Source of the DNA: an uncultured Candidatus Saccharibacteria bacterium | GTDB lineage: Bacteria > Patescibacteriota > Minisyncoccia > CAIUEV01 > JAHKAQ01 | Assembly: GCA_964598205.1 (NCBI GenBank) | Contig: CAZRBB010000006.1 | Span: 1 to 60,773 of the forward strand | DNA length: 60,773 nt | Reading direction: 5' to 3' | Shown here: piece by piece, positions 1-12,200 of the stretch | How the letters are laid out: each line of letters starts with the position of its first letter | Position numbering within the stretch: the stretch's first letter is position 1 | The notes under the pieces: model-generated | Databases searched by the model: none | The model's input: the letters and a program-made list of their open reading frames with translations, nothing else | Told to the model about the DNA's origin: nothing | Made by a program: the position numbers and the translations under genes

Positions 1-1
1 A

Positions 2-124
2 AAAAAAAATAAATGTGCTTCTGTTTTCTTGGAAGGCGCATGGGTATTCACTGACTTACCAGAATATTCAAGAGCTATAATTACATACAGTGACAACACC
101 AGTAGTATTGTAGATGGAGAATAA
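2..124 (+). CDS. 3' end of an upstream gene, partial (KKNKCASVFLEGAWVFTDLPEYSRAIITYSDNTSSIVDGE*)
   Basis: Frame open from the window edge to TAA at 122-124; no recognisable motif. Confidence 0.35.
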   Translation, partial: KKNKCASVFLEGAWVFTDLPEYSRAIITYSDNTSSIVDGE

Positions 125-176
125 AAAAATCCCTATTCCAAATATATTAAATTACACACAGTTTAATCAATAAATA

Positions 177-1310
177 ATGGATGAAAAAGCCAAACAATTC
201 GACTACATTATAATCGGAGCCGGCATCTACGGACTCTACTCTGCTTTATTACTTGCAAAAAAAAATGTCTCAGTGGCGGTTATGGAACATGATGATGTAG
301 CCTTTAGTAGAGCGACTTTTGTAAATCAGGCTCGGATTCACAACGGCTACCACTACCCAAGAAGTCTTTCTACGGCGTTAAAATCTTCATCTTATTTTAA
401 TAAGTTTAATAAAGATTTTGATTTTGCAATAAACGGATCTTTTAAGAAAATATATGCTATTGCCAAAAACTTTTCCTTTACTAATGCGGAGCAGTTTGAA
501 AAATTTTGCCACAACGCCAACATTCCCTGCAACGAAGTAAAGCTTAATAAAATTCTAAACAGTGATACAATAGAAAAGGCTTACAAAACCAAAGAGGTGG
601 CTTTTGATGCCGTAAAAATTAGAGATTATTTTTTAAAAGAATTGGCAAAATATAGCAATGTAACTATATTTTACAAAACATGCCCTGTTTCGGTTAGAAA
701 AAATAGAGATAAATACGATTTAGTGCTGAATGAGGAAAAAGGAATTTTTCGTAGTGGTTTTGTTATTAATACTACCTACGCCAGCGTTAATCAACTAATA
801 GAGATGTTTGGGTTTGATAAATTTAAAATAAAGTATGAGATTTGCGAAATTATAACTTGTAAGGTGTCTAGTAATATGAAAAATATCGGACTAACAGTAA
901 TGGATGGACCATTTTTTTCTTTAATGCCCTTTGGGCTTTCTGGTTTGCATTCACTAACGGCGGTAGAATTCACACCACACCTTGATTCTCAAAATGAATT
1001 GCCGATTTTTCCTTGCCAAAAAGATAATCCCGATTGCTCACCAAATAAACTCCAAAACTGCAACGATTGCTTGGCTAAACCAAAAACTGCTTACAAGTAT
1101 ATGTCGCAACTGGCCAAGAAATATCTCCACAATGTTGTAAAAATGGAATACAAAGATTCTTATTTTGCCATAAAGCCAATCTTAAAAATGTCAGAAATGG
1201 ATGATTCTAGACCCACAGTAATAAAACAATTTTCTAATAATCCCACTTTTATCTCCATATTGTCGGGAAAAATAAATACTATTTACGATTTAGATCAATT
1301 ATTAAAATGA
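177..1310 (+). CDS. FAD-dependent oxidoreductase (DAO-like), glycan-locus type
   Basis: N-terminal IIIGAGIYG dinucleotide-binding motif; NQARIHNGYHYPRS; Cys-rich insert CQKDNPDC..NCNDC. Confidence 0.8.
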   Translation: MDEKAKQFDYIIIGAGIYGLYSALLLAKKNVSVAVMEHDDVAFSRATFVNQARIHNGYHYPRSLSTALKSSSYFNKFNKDFDFAINGSFKKIYAIAKNFSFTNAEQFEKFCHNANIPCNEVKLNKILNSDTIEKAYKTKEVAFDAVKIRDYFLKELAKYSNVTIFYKTCPVSVRKNRDKYDLVLNEEKGIFRSGFVINTTYASVNQLIEMFGFDKFKIKYEICEIITCKVSSNMKNIGLTVMDGPFFSLMPFGLSGLHSLTAVEFTPHLDSQNELPIFPCQKDNPDCSPNKLQNCNDCLAKPKTAYKYMSQLAKKYLHNVVKMEYKDSYFAIKPILKMSEMDDSRPTVIKQFSNNPTFISILSGKINTIYDLDQLLK

Positions 1311-2230
1311 AAGAAAAAAAATTTATTTCTGTCGTGGCTTATGCGCATAATTCGGAAAAAACAGTTGTTCAATTTTTAGAAAGTATTCATGATTTTCTAA
1401 AGAATAAATTTGATTCTTTAGAAATAATTGTTGTTAACGATGCAAGCACCGATAAAACACTTGAGCAAATTAACCAACATAAACAAAAATACAACGGAAA
1501 AGTTACCGTTATCTCAACTGCTTGGAAGCATAATTGTGAATTGGCAATGCTTGCTGGAATAGAAATGGCCATTGGAGATTTTATTTATGAAATAGATTCC
1601 ACAAATTTGGAGTTCCCTGTTGATTCGCTTTGGGAAGCTTACCAAAAAAGCGCCACTGGTTTTGATGTTGTTTTTGCTTCACCGAATAGCAAGCTCAACA
1701 CGAGTTCCAGAATATTTTATAAAATACTTGGTAAATTTTCTTATCAAAAACTTGATCTAAGAACGGAATCGTTCAAATTAATAACTCGAAGGGCATTAAA
1801 TGCAATATTAAAATCAAAAGATAAAAATCGTTATCGGAAAATAATATACCGATCTTCAGGATTCCCAACAGCTATTATTTTCTTTAAGCCAACAAAAAAA
1901 ATTCAATCCAATATGACTTTGCAGGAAAAAATAAGTCTTGCCACAGATATCCTGCTTTCCTTTTCAGATATTGGGCTTAAACTAACCCTATTCTTATCGC
2001 TTCTGTTTTTTATAATTTCAGTATCTATAGGAATTTACACCGTTTTGATTTATCTAACAGAAAGATCCATTGTTATTGCAGGATGGACAACAACCATGCT
2101 TTTTCTTTCTTTTAGTTTTTCAGGGATGTTTCTTATTTTGGCTATTCTTGGAAAATATTTAACTATAATCCTAGAAGAAACAAAAGAACGGCCTTCTTAT
2201 TTTCTTCAGTCAATAAAAAGGATAAGATAA
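1307..2230 (+). CDS. GT2 glycosyltransferase, GtrB/polyprenol-phosphate sugar synthase-like, two C-terminal TM helices
   Basis: EIIVVNDASTD, AGIEMAIGD, C-terminal hydrophobic pair ending ERPSYF; ATGA overlap with upstream gene. Confidence 0.8.
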   Translation: MKEKKFISVVAYAHNSEKTVVQFLESIHDFLKNKFDSLEIIVVNDASTDKTLEQINQHKQKYNGKVTVISTAWKHNCELAMLAGIEMAIGDFIYEIDSTNLEFPVDSLWEAYQKSATGFDVVFASPNSKLNTSSRIFYKILGKFSYQKLDLRTESFKLITRRALNAILKSKDKNRYRKIIYRSSGFPTAIIFFKPTKKIQSNMTLQEKISLATDILLSFSDIGLKLTLFLSLLFFIISVSIGIYTVLIYLTERSIVIAGWTTTMLFLSFSFSGMFLILAILGKYLTIILEETKERPSYFLQSIKRIR

Positions 2231-2261
2231 CAAGAATTAAATATTTTTATTAAAAATTTTT

Positions 2262-3329
2262 ATGCCCCAAAAAAATCCTGTTAAGCGGAAAAAAGCTTTA
2301 ATCACCGGCATTACTGGTCAGGACGGTTCTTATTTAGCCGAACTTCTTTTGGAAAAAAATTACGAAGTGCACGGCTTAATGAGGCGTTCCAGTTCTTTTA
2401 ATACCGGCAGAATAGACCATCTTTATAAAGACCCGCATGTAATGGGAAACAAATTGTTCCTGCATTACGGCGACTTATCCGACGGCAGTAATATTGCAAG
2501 AATCATAGAGCGAATAAAACCCGACGAAATTTATAACTTGGGAGCTCAAAGTCATGTACGGGTAAGCTTTGATGTTCCTGAATATACTGCTGATGTTACC
2601 GGATTAGGAACCTTGCGCATGTTAGACGCCATTAAAGAATCCCGAGTTAAAACAAAATTCTACCAGGCTTCTAGCAGTGAAATGTTTGGTAAGGTTCAGG
2701 AAAATCCTCAAAAGGAAACTACTCCATTCTATCCTCGATCCCCTTACGGTTGTGCTAAAGTTTTTTCTTTTTGGACTACAGTTAATTACAGAGAGAGCTA
2801 TAATATTTATGCGGTCAACGGAATTCTTTTTAATCATGAATCACCTAGGCGAGGAGCAACCTTTGTGACTAGGAAGATTACTCGGGGATTAGCCAGAATC
2901 TTAACCGGAAAAAACGACTGTCTTTATTTAGGAAATTTAGACGCCAAAAGAGACTGGGGTTACGCCAAAGATTATGTTTACGGTATGTGGTTAATGCTTC
3001 AGCAAAAAGAACCAAGAGATTATGTTTTGGCCACGGGAAAAACTCATAGTGTGCGGGAATTTTTAGAAGAATGTTTTCGGCTTTTAGACATTGAAATTTC
3101 TTGGAGCGGAAAAGGATTAAAAGAAAAAGGCTTTGATAAAAAAACCGGAAAGGTTTATGTAAAAATTGACCCTGCTTACTATCGGCCAGCGGAAGTAGAC
3201 CTGCTCTTGGGGGATTCAAGCAAGGCTCAAAAAGAACTAGGCTGGAAGCCTAAGGTAGCATTCAAGGAACTGGTAAAAATAATGCTCCAAGCCGATTTAA
3301 AAGAAGAAGGATTAAAAAAGAAAATATGA
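2262..3329 (+). CDS. gmd: GDP-mannose 4,6-dehydratase
   Basis: [56 protein letters not shown]. Confidence 0.98.
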   Translation: MPQKNPVKRKKALITGITGQDGSYLAELLLEKNYEVHGLMRRSSSFNTGRIDHLYKDPHVMGNKLFLHYGDLSDGSNIARIIERIKPDEIYNLGAQSHVRVSFDVPEYTADVTGLGTLRMLDAIKESRVKTKFYQASSSEMFGKVQENPQKETTPFYPRSPYGCAKVFSFWTTVNYRESYNIYAVNGILFNHESPRRGATFVTRKITRGLARILTGKNDCLYLGNLDAKRDWGYAKDYVYGMWLMLQQKEPRDYVLATGKTHSVREFLEECFRLLDIEISWSGKGLKEKGFDKKTGKVYVKIDPAYYRPAEVDLLLGDSSKAQKELGWKPKVAFKELVKIMLQADLKEEGLKKKI

Positions 3330-4255
3330 ATAAATCTTCCAAGATCTATATTGCCGGTCACTTAGGTTTAGTTGGAAGAGCCATTACTCGGCAACTGTTA
3401 AAAGCCGGCTATAAAAATCTTATTTTTAGGGAATTGGCCGAACTGGATCTTACCAACGAAGTGGCTGTTAACGAATTCTTTAAAAAAGAAAAACCGGAAT
3501 TCGTTTTTTTGGCGGCCGCTAAGGTAGGGGGAATTTACGCCAATAAAACTTACCCTGCCGAATTTATTAGAGACAATTTGGCCATAGAAACCAATGTGAT
3601 TCATGCTTCCTTTTTGCACAAAGTTAAAAAGCTTTTATTTTTGGGCAGCTCTTGTATTTACCCCAAGCTTTGTCCTCAACCAATTAAGGAGGAATATCTT
3701 TTAACCGGACCACTAGAAGAAACCAATAAAGCTTATGCCGTGGCTAAAATAGCCGGTATTATTATGTGCCAATCTTACAACACTCAATACGGAACTAATT
3801 TTATTTCTGTAATGCCTACTAATCTGTATGGCCCGTTCGATAACTTTGACCTAAAAAATTCCCATGTTCTCCCCGCTTTAATTCGCAAGTTTCACGAAGC
3901 TAAGGTTAATAAAGAAGAGTCGGTGTCTGTTTGGGGAACAGGTAAGCCTAAAAGAGAATTCCTTTTTGTAGATGACTTGGCTAGGGCTTGTTTTTTCTTG
4001 ATGCAACACTACAAGTCCGGAGAAATTGTGAATATTGGCACCGGAAAAGATTTAACAATCAAAGAATTGGCTTTGGTTATGAAAAAAGTAGTTGGGTATA
4101 AGGGGAAAATAGTTTTTGATACCACCAAACCCGATGGAACGCCCCAAAAAATGTTAAATGTTTCTCGGATTCATAAATTGGGCTGGAAGCATCAGGTGGA
4201 ATTAGAAAAGGGAATTAAGGAAACTTATAAGTGGTTTTTGGAGAATAGGGCATAA
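3326..4255 (+). CDS. fcl: GDP-L-fucose synthase
   Basis: [52 protein letters not shown]; coupled to gmd. Confidence 0.97.
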   Translation: MNKSSKIYIAGHLGLVGRAITRQLLKAGYKNLIFRELAELDLTNEVAVNEFFKKEKPEFVFLAAAKVGGIYANKTYPAEFIRDNLAIETNVIHASFLHKVKKLLFLGSSCIYPKLCPQPIKEEYLLTGPLEETNKAYAVAKIAGIIMCQSYNTQYGTNFISVMPTNLYGPFDNFDLKNSHVLPALIRKFHEAKVNKEESVSVWGTGKPKREFLFVDDLARACFFLMQHYKSGEIVNIGTGKDLTIKELALVMKKVVGYKGKIVFDTTKPDGTPQKMLNVSRIHKLGWKHQVELEKGIKETYKWFLENRA

Positions 4256-4284
4256 ATTAAAAATCTTTCTTCTGATTTTAAAAA

Positions 4285-5502
4285 ATGGATAAATATAAAT
4301 ATTTAATATTGGGAGCCGGGCCGTCTGGCCTAAGTTTTGCCAATAGATTATTAGCCAATGGAGAAAAATCCTTTTTGGTATTAGAAAAAGAAGCCGAGGC
4401 TGGTGGTTTGTGCCGCAGTAAAGAAGTGGATGGCTCTCCCCTAGATATTGGTGGCGGTCATTTTTTAGATTTAAAAAAAGAAGAAGTTCTAAAATTTATT
4501 TTTGAATTTTTACCAAAGAAAGAGTGGAATATTTTTAAAAGAATCTCCACCATAAAATTAGATGATTGCGAAATAGATTACCCCTTTGAAGCCAATATTT
4601 GGCAATTCCCGGTTAAAAAACAAATAGAGTACTTGCTTTCAATTTCCAAAACCGGCTCCAGCCGAAACGAAAAAATGCCTGCCAAGTTTATAGATTGGAT
4701 TTTTTGGAAACTGGGAGACAAGATTGCCCAAGATTACATGGTTCCCTACAACCAAAAAATTTGGTCTATGGACTTGAATCGCTTGGGCACCTATTGGTTG
4801 TACAAACTCCCCGATGTTTCCTTAGAAGAAACGCTAGAAAGTTGTTTGGAAAGAAAACCCGCCGGAAAAATGCCGGCCCACGCTCAATTTTTGTATCCCA
4901 AAAAATACGGCTATGGAGAAGTTTGGAAAAGAATGGCCCAAAAACTTGGGAGTAAAATCTTATATAATACCTCCGTAAAAGAATTAGACATTAAGAAAAA
5001 GATTATTAACCAATCCTTTTCTGCTTCACAAATTATAAGCACCATTCCTTGGCTTGAGTATAAATTCACAGAAAAAATACCGGCAGATATTAAAAAGGCT
5101 TTTTCTTTTTTGGAATATAATTCCGTGCGAATTTCTTACTTCCCTAAAAATCAAAAAACCAAGGCGCATTGGACTTATTATCCAGATCTATCTATCCCCC
5201 ATCACCGATCTCTTTTTAGGCACAATTTTTTTCCAAAAGCAAAAGGCTACTGGACAGAAATGAATGAGAAGCGAGCTTCCTTAATAAAGGAAAAGGCCGA
5301 TTATTTTTATACCAACCAATACGCTTACCCCCTTAATACCATTCAAAAACCAAAAGCGATTAAAAAAGTACAAGATTATTTTTCCCAAAAACAGATTATA
5401 GGATTGGGAAGATGGGGCGAATGGGAACACATGAATTCCGATGTCGCCGTGGAAAAGGGAATTGCCTTGGCGGATCAACTATTAAAAAAAGATAAAAAAT
5501 AA
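4285..5502 (+). CDS. FAD-dependent oxidoreductase (HemY-like/UDP-galactopyranose mutase-like)
   Basis: ILGAGPSGLS, EAEAGGLCRS, DIGGGHF, FLYPKKYGY, GLGRWGEWEHMNSD. Confidence 0.75.
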   Translation: MDKYKYLILGAGPSGLSFANRLLANGEKSFLVLEKEAEAGGLCRSKEVDGSPLDIGGGHFLDLKKEEVLKFIFEFLPKKEWNIFKRISTIKLDDCEIDYPFEANIWQFPVKKQIEYLLSISKTGSSRNEKMPAKFIDWIFWKLGDKIAQDYMVPYNQKIWSMDLNRLGTYWLYKLPDVSLEETLESCLERKPAGKMPAHAQFLYPKKYGYGEVWKRMAQKLGSKILYNTSVKELDIKKKIINQSFSASQIISTIPWLEYKFTEKIPADIKKAFSFLEYNSVRISYFPKNQKTKAHWTYYPDLSIPHHRSLFRHNFFPKAKGYWTEMNEKRASLIKEKADYFYTNQYAYPLNTIQKPKAIKKVQDYFSQKQIIGLGRWGEWEHMNSDVAVEKGIALADQLLKKDKK

Positions 5503-5518
5503 ATAATTTAAACCTAAA

Positions 5519-6217
5519 ATGAAAGTCTCCCTCTGCTTGCTTACTTTTAACGAATTAGAAGGCTGTAAAAACGATGTCCCCCAAATAAAAAAAATAGCCA
5601 ATCAGTTCCAAGAAATCTACGCGGTAGATGACAACAGCAGTGACGGCACTGTTGAATTTTTAAAAGAACAAAACATTCCCGTTTATCTTCAGCCAGAAAA
5701 AGGTTTAAATGCCGCCTGCCATTTTGCTGTTTCTAAATGCACAACAGACGCTATAATCTTTTTCCATCCAAAAGGAGCGATTCCGGTAGAGGATACCCTA
5801 AAATTCCGACCATTGTTTGAAAGTGGTTATGATTTTGTGATTGGCAGCCGGATTGTAAAAGGGGCTCGGAATGAAGAAGACGGCAAAATTTTAAAGCCAA
5901 GAAAATGGTTTGTAATAATCCTTTCTTTAGTGGCTTCTCTATCTTTTAGAAAGAAGGGGCAAGCTTATTTAAAAGATGTTTTGCACGGGTTTAGAGGAGC
6001 AACCGTTGTGGCCTATAAAAAAATGGGATTAATTGATCTAGGGAAGGTAACGATTGATATAGAAATGGTAAACCGTTCTTATAAGAAAAATCTAAAGAGC
6101 ATTGAGTTCCCAACCACTGAATCTTCACGAATTGCTGGACAAACCCATTTTAAGGCGATCCCAACAGGAATGAGCATTTTAGAATATTTAAAGAGAGAAT
6201 GGAAAAGAAAAGATTAG
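5519..6217 (+). CDS. GT2 glycosyltransferase (DPM1-like)
   Basis: VDDNSSDGT, YDFVIGSRI, DVLHGFRG, IEFPTTESSRIAGQTHF. Confidence 0.85.
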   Translation: MKVSLCLLTFNELEGCKNDVPQIKKIANQFQEIYAVDDNSSDGTVEFLKEQNIPVYLQPEKGLNAACHFAVSKCTTDAIIFFHPKGAIPVEDTLKFRPLFESGYDFVIGSRIVKGARNEEDGKILKPRKWFVIILSLVASLSFRKKGQAYLKDVLHGFRGATVVAYKKMGLIDLGKVTIDIEMVNRSYKKNLKSIEFPTTESSRIAGQTHFKAIPTGMSILEYLKREWKRKD

Positions 6218-8307
6218 GAAAAATTAGCATGTTATTAGCAAAAGAAAATAGAGAATTAATTTTAAAGTTGGCTTTTTACGGCTCTTTTTTGATTATTGGT
6301 TTTTTAAAATTATTTACCGTTAGTCATCATGAAATTATTGCCTCTTATACCTTTTATGATGAATTTTGGCAGATTCAATCAGCTAGTAATGCTTATTGGT
6401 TTGTGAGGAATCCTACTCATATGTCATTTGTTCATCTTCCTGTTTATCCTCTTTTTATCTTTTTTAATCATTTGACTGGAATTCCTTTGCGGATTTCTAT
6501 GGAAATCGTTTATTTGATTTCGGGATTCGTTTTTTCTTTGTCCTTGCTAAAGATTGGACTGAACAGAGCAGGTGTTGTTCTGTCTTATTTAATGATTGCT
6601 TTTCACCCTGTAAGCCTTGATCTATTTGATCGCACTTTAGCGGAAACATTTTATGCCCCACTTCTTCTTTTTTCTTTGGCCTGCCTAATATTTCTTATTA
6701 CCAATAAATCAAAAAGAAAGGCTACTTTTTTTTCTTTCCTTACTGGACTTTTCTTGGCTCTCTTATGGTTCACCAGAAAGGAAAGTATCTTGATTGCTGG
6801 TATTTTGGGATTGGTTTTCTTAATTTCTCTTTTTCTGGCAAAAAAAGAGAAATTAAATAGAAAAGAAACTCTAGTATTGATCAAAAAAACAGTCTTTATT
6901 CCTTCTGTGATTATTTTTTTGTTTTTTATTTTGATTTGTAATGCTAACTATTACACTTTTGGACTTTTTGCTCCTACCGAATTGACTTCGTCAGGATACA
7001 AGCAAGCCTATAAGGCTTTGCAAAAAATAAAAACCAAAGAACATAGGCGTTTTGTCCCCGTTTCAACAGAAGCTAGAGAAATAGCTTATAGAATAAGCCC
7101 CTCTTTCCGCGAACTTCGCCCTACTCTGGAAAATAGAGATAATTTTGCTTTTTGGGGAGCAAAAAATGAGTACCACATTGAGAATGAGATGGGTGGTGCT
7201 TGGTTTTATTGGGTTTTAAGAAATGCCGTTTATTACACTGGATATAAAGACGCTAAATCAGCGGATAATTTCTACAGAAGGGTAGCTACTGAAATAAATA
7301 CTGCCATCGATCAAGATCAAATAGAGGGTCGACTTGTTATTTCTAGCTTTATCGATCCAAATTTTTATGAATATCTTATTTATTTTCCGACTTCTTTTAA
7401 TAATCTTTGGAAGAATTTTTTAAACACCACCGCTCCGCTCGAAAGAATAGAAAATGTGGACAAAAATTTATTCCCGGATATAGAGAATAAAGTCAATCAG
7501 GTGACAAATAGAAGACCTTGGATTATCGAAAGCAATGCCAAAGAGGTTATTTCTGGTTGGGCATTTATTGAAAATAATGTAAAAATAAAAGAAATTATCC
7601 TTAAAGATGAAGACGGTCAAATTATTCCCACAACCACTATTCCTAGAGAGCGTCTTGATGTCTCTAGCCATTTCCTAAAAGAAATCCCAGATATTCCTTT
7701 GAAAACAGGGTTTTCGCTATATTCTAAGGGTGGTTGTCAGAATTTTCAAGAAAGTAATCTACTTACAAACATAAATTTTGCATTTTTTCAAGAACAGTGC
7801 CTCAACTTAAAGAAAGGCTATCTCGAATTTATTGCTGATGATGGCAATAGAAACAAAATTTCTCTCAAAACTTTAGAATTAGAAACCACTCTCCTAATAA
7901 AGACTGCTAATGGTGCTAATCTTCATCTTTTCATAGAACAAATAAACACACCCAAATATCAAGATCGTGATTTACTAAGGAATAATATTCAAGATTTTGC
8001 GTGGAAGTTCTATGGAAAAATAATCCTTTATCTTTCAATTATTGGATTTTTTTCTGCAATTATCCTTGCTTTATATTACAAAAAAATCCCCCAAAACAAT
8101 TTAATAGTATTGGCTATTTTATTTTTTGTAATAGTTTCACGACTCTCTCTTTTTACGCTACTCGATATTTCTTCTTGGTCTGGAAACGATTCAAGATATC
8201 TTTTTCCGGTAATGCCTGTTTATAGCGCATTCCTGACTCTCTTAATCTCTAATAGTGTGCTGGCTTTAAGAAGCAAAAACAGAAAAACAATAGGTAAAAA
8301 GCCTTAG
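6199..8307 (+). CDS. Multi-pass membrane protein, possible GT-C-type glycosyltransferase
   Basis: About 10-12 hydrophobic segments, N-terminal YDE acidic motif, large soluble loop, C-terminal RYLFP; glycan-locus context. Confidence 0.55.
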   Translation: MEKKRLGKISMLLAKENRELILKLAFYGSFLIIGFLKLFTVSHHEIIASYTFYDEFWQIQSASNAYWFVRNPTHMSFVHLPVYPLFIFFNHLTGIPLRISMEIVYLISGFVFSLSLLKIGLNRAGVVLSYLMIAFHPVSLDLFDRTLAETFYAPLLLFSLACLIFLITNKSKRKATFFSFLTGLFLALLWFTRKESILIAGILGLVFLISLFLAKKEKLNRKETLVLIKKTVFIPSVIIFLFFILICNANYYTFGLFAPTELTSSGYKQAYKALQKIKTKEHRRFVPVSTEAREIAYRISPSFRELRPTLENRDNFAFWGAKNEYHIENEMGGAWFYWVLRNAVYYTGYKDAKSADNFYRRVATEINTAIDQDQIEGRLVISSFIDPNFYEYLIYFPTSFNNLWKNFLNTTAPLERIENVDKNLFPDIENKVNQVTNRRPWIIESNAKEVISGWAFIENNVKIKEIILKDEDGQIIPTTTIPRERLDVSSHFLKEIPDIPLKTGFSLYSKGGCQNFQESNLLTNINFAFFQEQCLNLKKGYLEFIADDGNRNKISLKTLELETTLLIKTANGANLHLFIEQINTPKYQDRDLLRNNIQDFAWKFYGKIILYLSIIGFFSAIILALYYKKIPQNNLIVLAILFFVIVSRLSLFTLLDISSWSGNDSRYLFPVMPVYSAFLTLLISNSVLALRSKNRKTIGKKP

Positions 8308-9260
8308 GCCCTCCCCTCTTTTTTCTTTACCCATTCCCAGGTTTTTTCTATTCCTTCTTTAATGAGAGTTGTTTTATGGTAATCAATTTCCGTGCGGATT
8401 CGTTCGGAGTTAAGCAAAACCTTTTTAACATCGGCGTCACGAGCCGGTTTTGAATTTATTTTAATCTTCTTTTTAGTGACTTCTTTAATAATCTCTAGCA
8501 CCTTATTCACACTAACGCTCTCTCCACTGCCAATGTTATACAATCTAAATTCCGTCTCTTTGTTAAAAATCAATTTAGTCATATTAATAGCGTCGTCGAT
8601 GTAGATATAGTCCCTAATATTTTTTCCGGCGCCATAAACAGTAATCGGCATTCCTGTCTTAATTAGATTTAAAAATATAGGAATAATGCCCTGAGTCCCC
8701 ATTAAATTCTGCCCCGGACCGTAAGGATTGGAATATCGTAATATTAAATAATCCAGTCCTCGGTGAATGCGGTAGTATTCCAAATATTTTTCAATAGCTA
8801 GCTTGGAAATAGCGTAAGGAGAAATTGGGTTAGTCGGGTTATCTTCGGAAAATCGATCTTTGATTTGATTGCCATAAATCGCCCCGCCGGAAGAAGCAAA
8901 AATTACTCTTTTTACCCCAGCTTTTACGCATTCTTCCAAAAGGTTGATTGTGCCTTCTAAATTGGTCTTAATGTCAACCAAGGGGTCATTCATTGAAGAT
9001 CCCGGAGTAGTAAGGGAAACAAAATGAAAAACATAGTCAATGTCTTGGATGGCTTTTTTTAGGTCGTCTTTGTTTAAGAAGTTTCCCGGCACCATTGTTA
9101 AATCCGAACCAAAGGAATGAATATTTTTGGATACTCCGTCACAAAAAAGATCAAAAGCAAAAAGCTGATATTTTTTTTCTTTTTGCAGAGACTTAATTAG
9201 GTTACTCCCAATAAAACCGTCGGCACCTAGAACCAATATTTTTTCTTTTATTTCCTTCAT
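8304..9260 (-). CDS. NAD-dependent epimerase/dehydratase (GalE-like)
   Basis: LVLGADGFIGS, ASSGGAIYG, PYAISK (YxxxK), RYSNPYGPGQ. Confidence 0.9.
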   Translation of the reverse strand: MKEIKEKILVLGADGFIGSNLIKSLQKEKKYQLFAFDLFCDGVSKNIHSFGSDLTMVPGNFLNKDDLKKAIQDIDYVFHFVSLTTPGSSMNDPLVDIKTNLEGTINLLEECVKAGVKRVIFASSGGAIYGNQIKDRFSEDNPTNPISPYAISKLAIEKYLEYYRIHRGLDYLILRYSNPYGPGQNLMGTQGIIPIFLNLIKTGMPITVYGAGKNIRDYIYIDDAINMTKLIFNKETEFRLYNIGSGESVSVNKVLEIIKEVTKKKIKINSKPARDADVKKVLLNSERIRTEIDYHKTTLIKEGIEKTWEWVKKKEGRA

Positions 9261-9272
9261 TGAATTAATATT

Positions 9273-12200
9273 TTAAGATGGTTTAACAAATTTCTTATTT
9301 ATCATGGGGACTATTTTCTCCCCAAATTTTTGGACCGTAAAATTATCCAAAAATCTCTTTCTTCCATTTTCTCCGTATTCCCTAATAAGATGGGTATTCT
9401 TAATAAAGAATATAATGCTTTTTGCGAGTTCTTTTGGATTGTCACCATCAATTAAAAAACCTTCCTTACCATTATTAATCATGCTCTTTATTCCTCCAAC
9501 ATTGGTTGAAATAACAGGGATAGATCCTGCCATTGCTTCTAATATGGTAAGAGGAAAAACCTCATCTCTAGAAGAACAGATAAAAATATCAGATTCCCTA
9601 ATCATTGTTCTTAATTTGCTTAGAGGAGCTTGGTCAAAGAATTTTACATTATTGTATTGCTTTGCTTTTTGTTTTATTTTTTGCTCATATCCCCGATCCA
9701 AAACTCTCCCCACGAAACTAATATTAAACTTTTTAAGAAGATGCTTGGGAATATACCTCAAGCTTTCAATTAAGATATCCTGACCCTTTCTTTTTTCAAT
9801 ACTCCCGGCATGTATTATGTTCAATGGGAAAATACTTTCTTTTTGGGTTTTCTTTTTTTTGCTAGTGGCTCCAAAATCTTCGATTCCGTTAGCAATTATG
9901 CGAACATTATTACTCAAAAAATCTTTGTATAGAATATTCGTTTCTTTGCATGCGAATATTACGTTGTCAGAGAGCTTGAATCCATTAATGACTTCTTTTT
10001 TGGATTTTATGTACTCTAATCCAGCGCTTGATTCATGAATAAGCCAAAAAACAGGAACGCTTAATTCTTTTAACAGGGGAATCATGTGCCCCATAATAAT
10101 CGTGTTTACAATAGCCAGGTCGAAATTGGCCATAAACTTCTTGGTTTCGGAAAATGGTTCCAACAAAATCGTTGAGTCAACCACGACCGGAATATTTGCC
10201 TTTCTGTAAAGCCTCATGGCTTCACCATTTCTGGGAGACATTACCGTAACAAAAAATCCTTTACTCTTAAGATACTTAGCCAAATAGAACAAGATAATAG
10301 GGGCACCACTCAAGCTTAGATCGTGAGAAATGAGTAAAATGTTCTTTGCCTTAATCATTTTTTCTTCTTGGCGTTGAGCCATGAGCTTAAAATGATATTC
10401 CCCTCCCTGATACAAGTAATCTTTCATATTCGATGGGAAGTATTTATCGTAACTCAGGTAATCTCCCCATTTTTTAAGCAGATAAAGATCGGCTGGATCT
10501 TTAAGTGTTTTTTTCTTTCTGTCTGTTTTTTTTAGGGAAAGATGGCCAACATGTCTTAAGGAAACAAACGGATTGTAAAGCAAATCCAACCCCTTTTCTC
10601 TTATTCTAAAAGATAAATCAACATCGGAATGCATAATGGGCGTATTTACACTGTCAAAACCGCCAATGGATAGAAAAAATTCTTTGGATACGCAAAAACA
10701 AGCTCCCGACAAAATGGAAACGGTCCTTTCTGATTGAATTAAATTAAAGTAATCGTAAGCGTCTTTGGGGTAAGTATGAAAAGCGGTTCCGGTAAAGCCC
10801 CGAACCCCGGTAACCATGCCCGCGTATTGAATGGTGTTGTTTTCGTAAAAAAGCTTAGGACTAACCGTCCCAACACCCCCTTTTCCAAAGGGACCGGTCA
10901 GGTTTTCTATCCAATCTTTTTGTTCAACTTCAATATCATCGTTTAAGAAAATTAAATACTCACCCAAGGCTATTTCGGCTCCCCTGTTGCATTTTAGAGA
11001 GAAATTAAACGGTTCATTGTAAGCCTTGAATTTAACAATCCCTCCCCATCGATTATTGGTCAGTTTTTTAATAATTTTTGAACAAGTCACAACGATTATT
11101 TCGTAATTCGGATAGTTCGTGTTTTTTACAATCAAATTAATACAATTTTTAATATTCCTTTCGTTGTCCGACGGAATAATAACGGAAACGAACTGTTCCT
11201 TGTTAGCCTTGAATAAAACCCTGTTGGCAAAGGGGTATTCCAGCACTTTTGCATTATAGTTTCTCCTTTTGACCGCATCTTCCAACGCTTTAATATTTGA
11301 TTCCCTGGCGTAATCTTTACCGCCCATGGCGGCCGATCCGGGAATCGCTCGCCAATGGTACAAGATTTTGGGAATATGCCTTATTTTATTGGTCCTCTCT
11401 GTTACTCTTAGGGCAAGATCATAGTCCTGAGAAAAGTCAAATTCAGAGCGGAATCCTCCCGCGCTTTCTACTATTTTTTTGCGATAAACGCTTAGATGGC
11501 AGGTGTACATGCAGGCAAAAAGAAGTTGGGAGTCCCAGTCCGGTTTAAAAAAAGGATTGGCTCTTTTCCAAACACCCTCTCCGGTTTTTTCTAATTTATC
11601 TTCATCGCTGTAAATATAATCCGTTTCGGGAAACCGATTTAATAATTTAACATTTTCGTATAAGGCGTGAGAGGTAAGAAGATCATCGTTGTCCAAAAGA
11701 GCAATGAATTCACCGGTCGATTCTTTTAAGGCCTTGTTGGTGGCCGAGGAAATGCCCTGGTTAATTTTTGCAAAAATAACTTTTATTCTAGGGTCCTTTT
11801 GGGCCCATCTTTGTAAACATTTTTTTGTCTCTTTTTTTGTTGAGCCATCGTCACATAGACATAGCTCCCACTCCTTATACGACTGAGCTATAACAGAGTT
11901 TACACATTCGTCAAGCAACCAAGGCTCAACATTATAGACAGGGGTAAGAATGGATATTTTAGGCTTATAATTGAACTGGATTATTTGTTTTTTTATTTCT
12001 TTTAATATTTTATTGGTATCCCAATTTTCGTTTTCCCGAATCCAAGCATCGTATTTGGAAAGTTGTTGTGTTGTTGTGTTGTTAAAATATTCCTTACCAT
12101 AGACCAAGTACCTGGGAAGGCACCACAAAAACCTCTTAATGCCTTTATTCTTTAAAACTCTTCTTGCCTCTCTAAGGGCTTCTTGGAAATGCTTAATTTT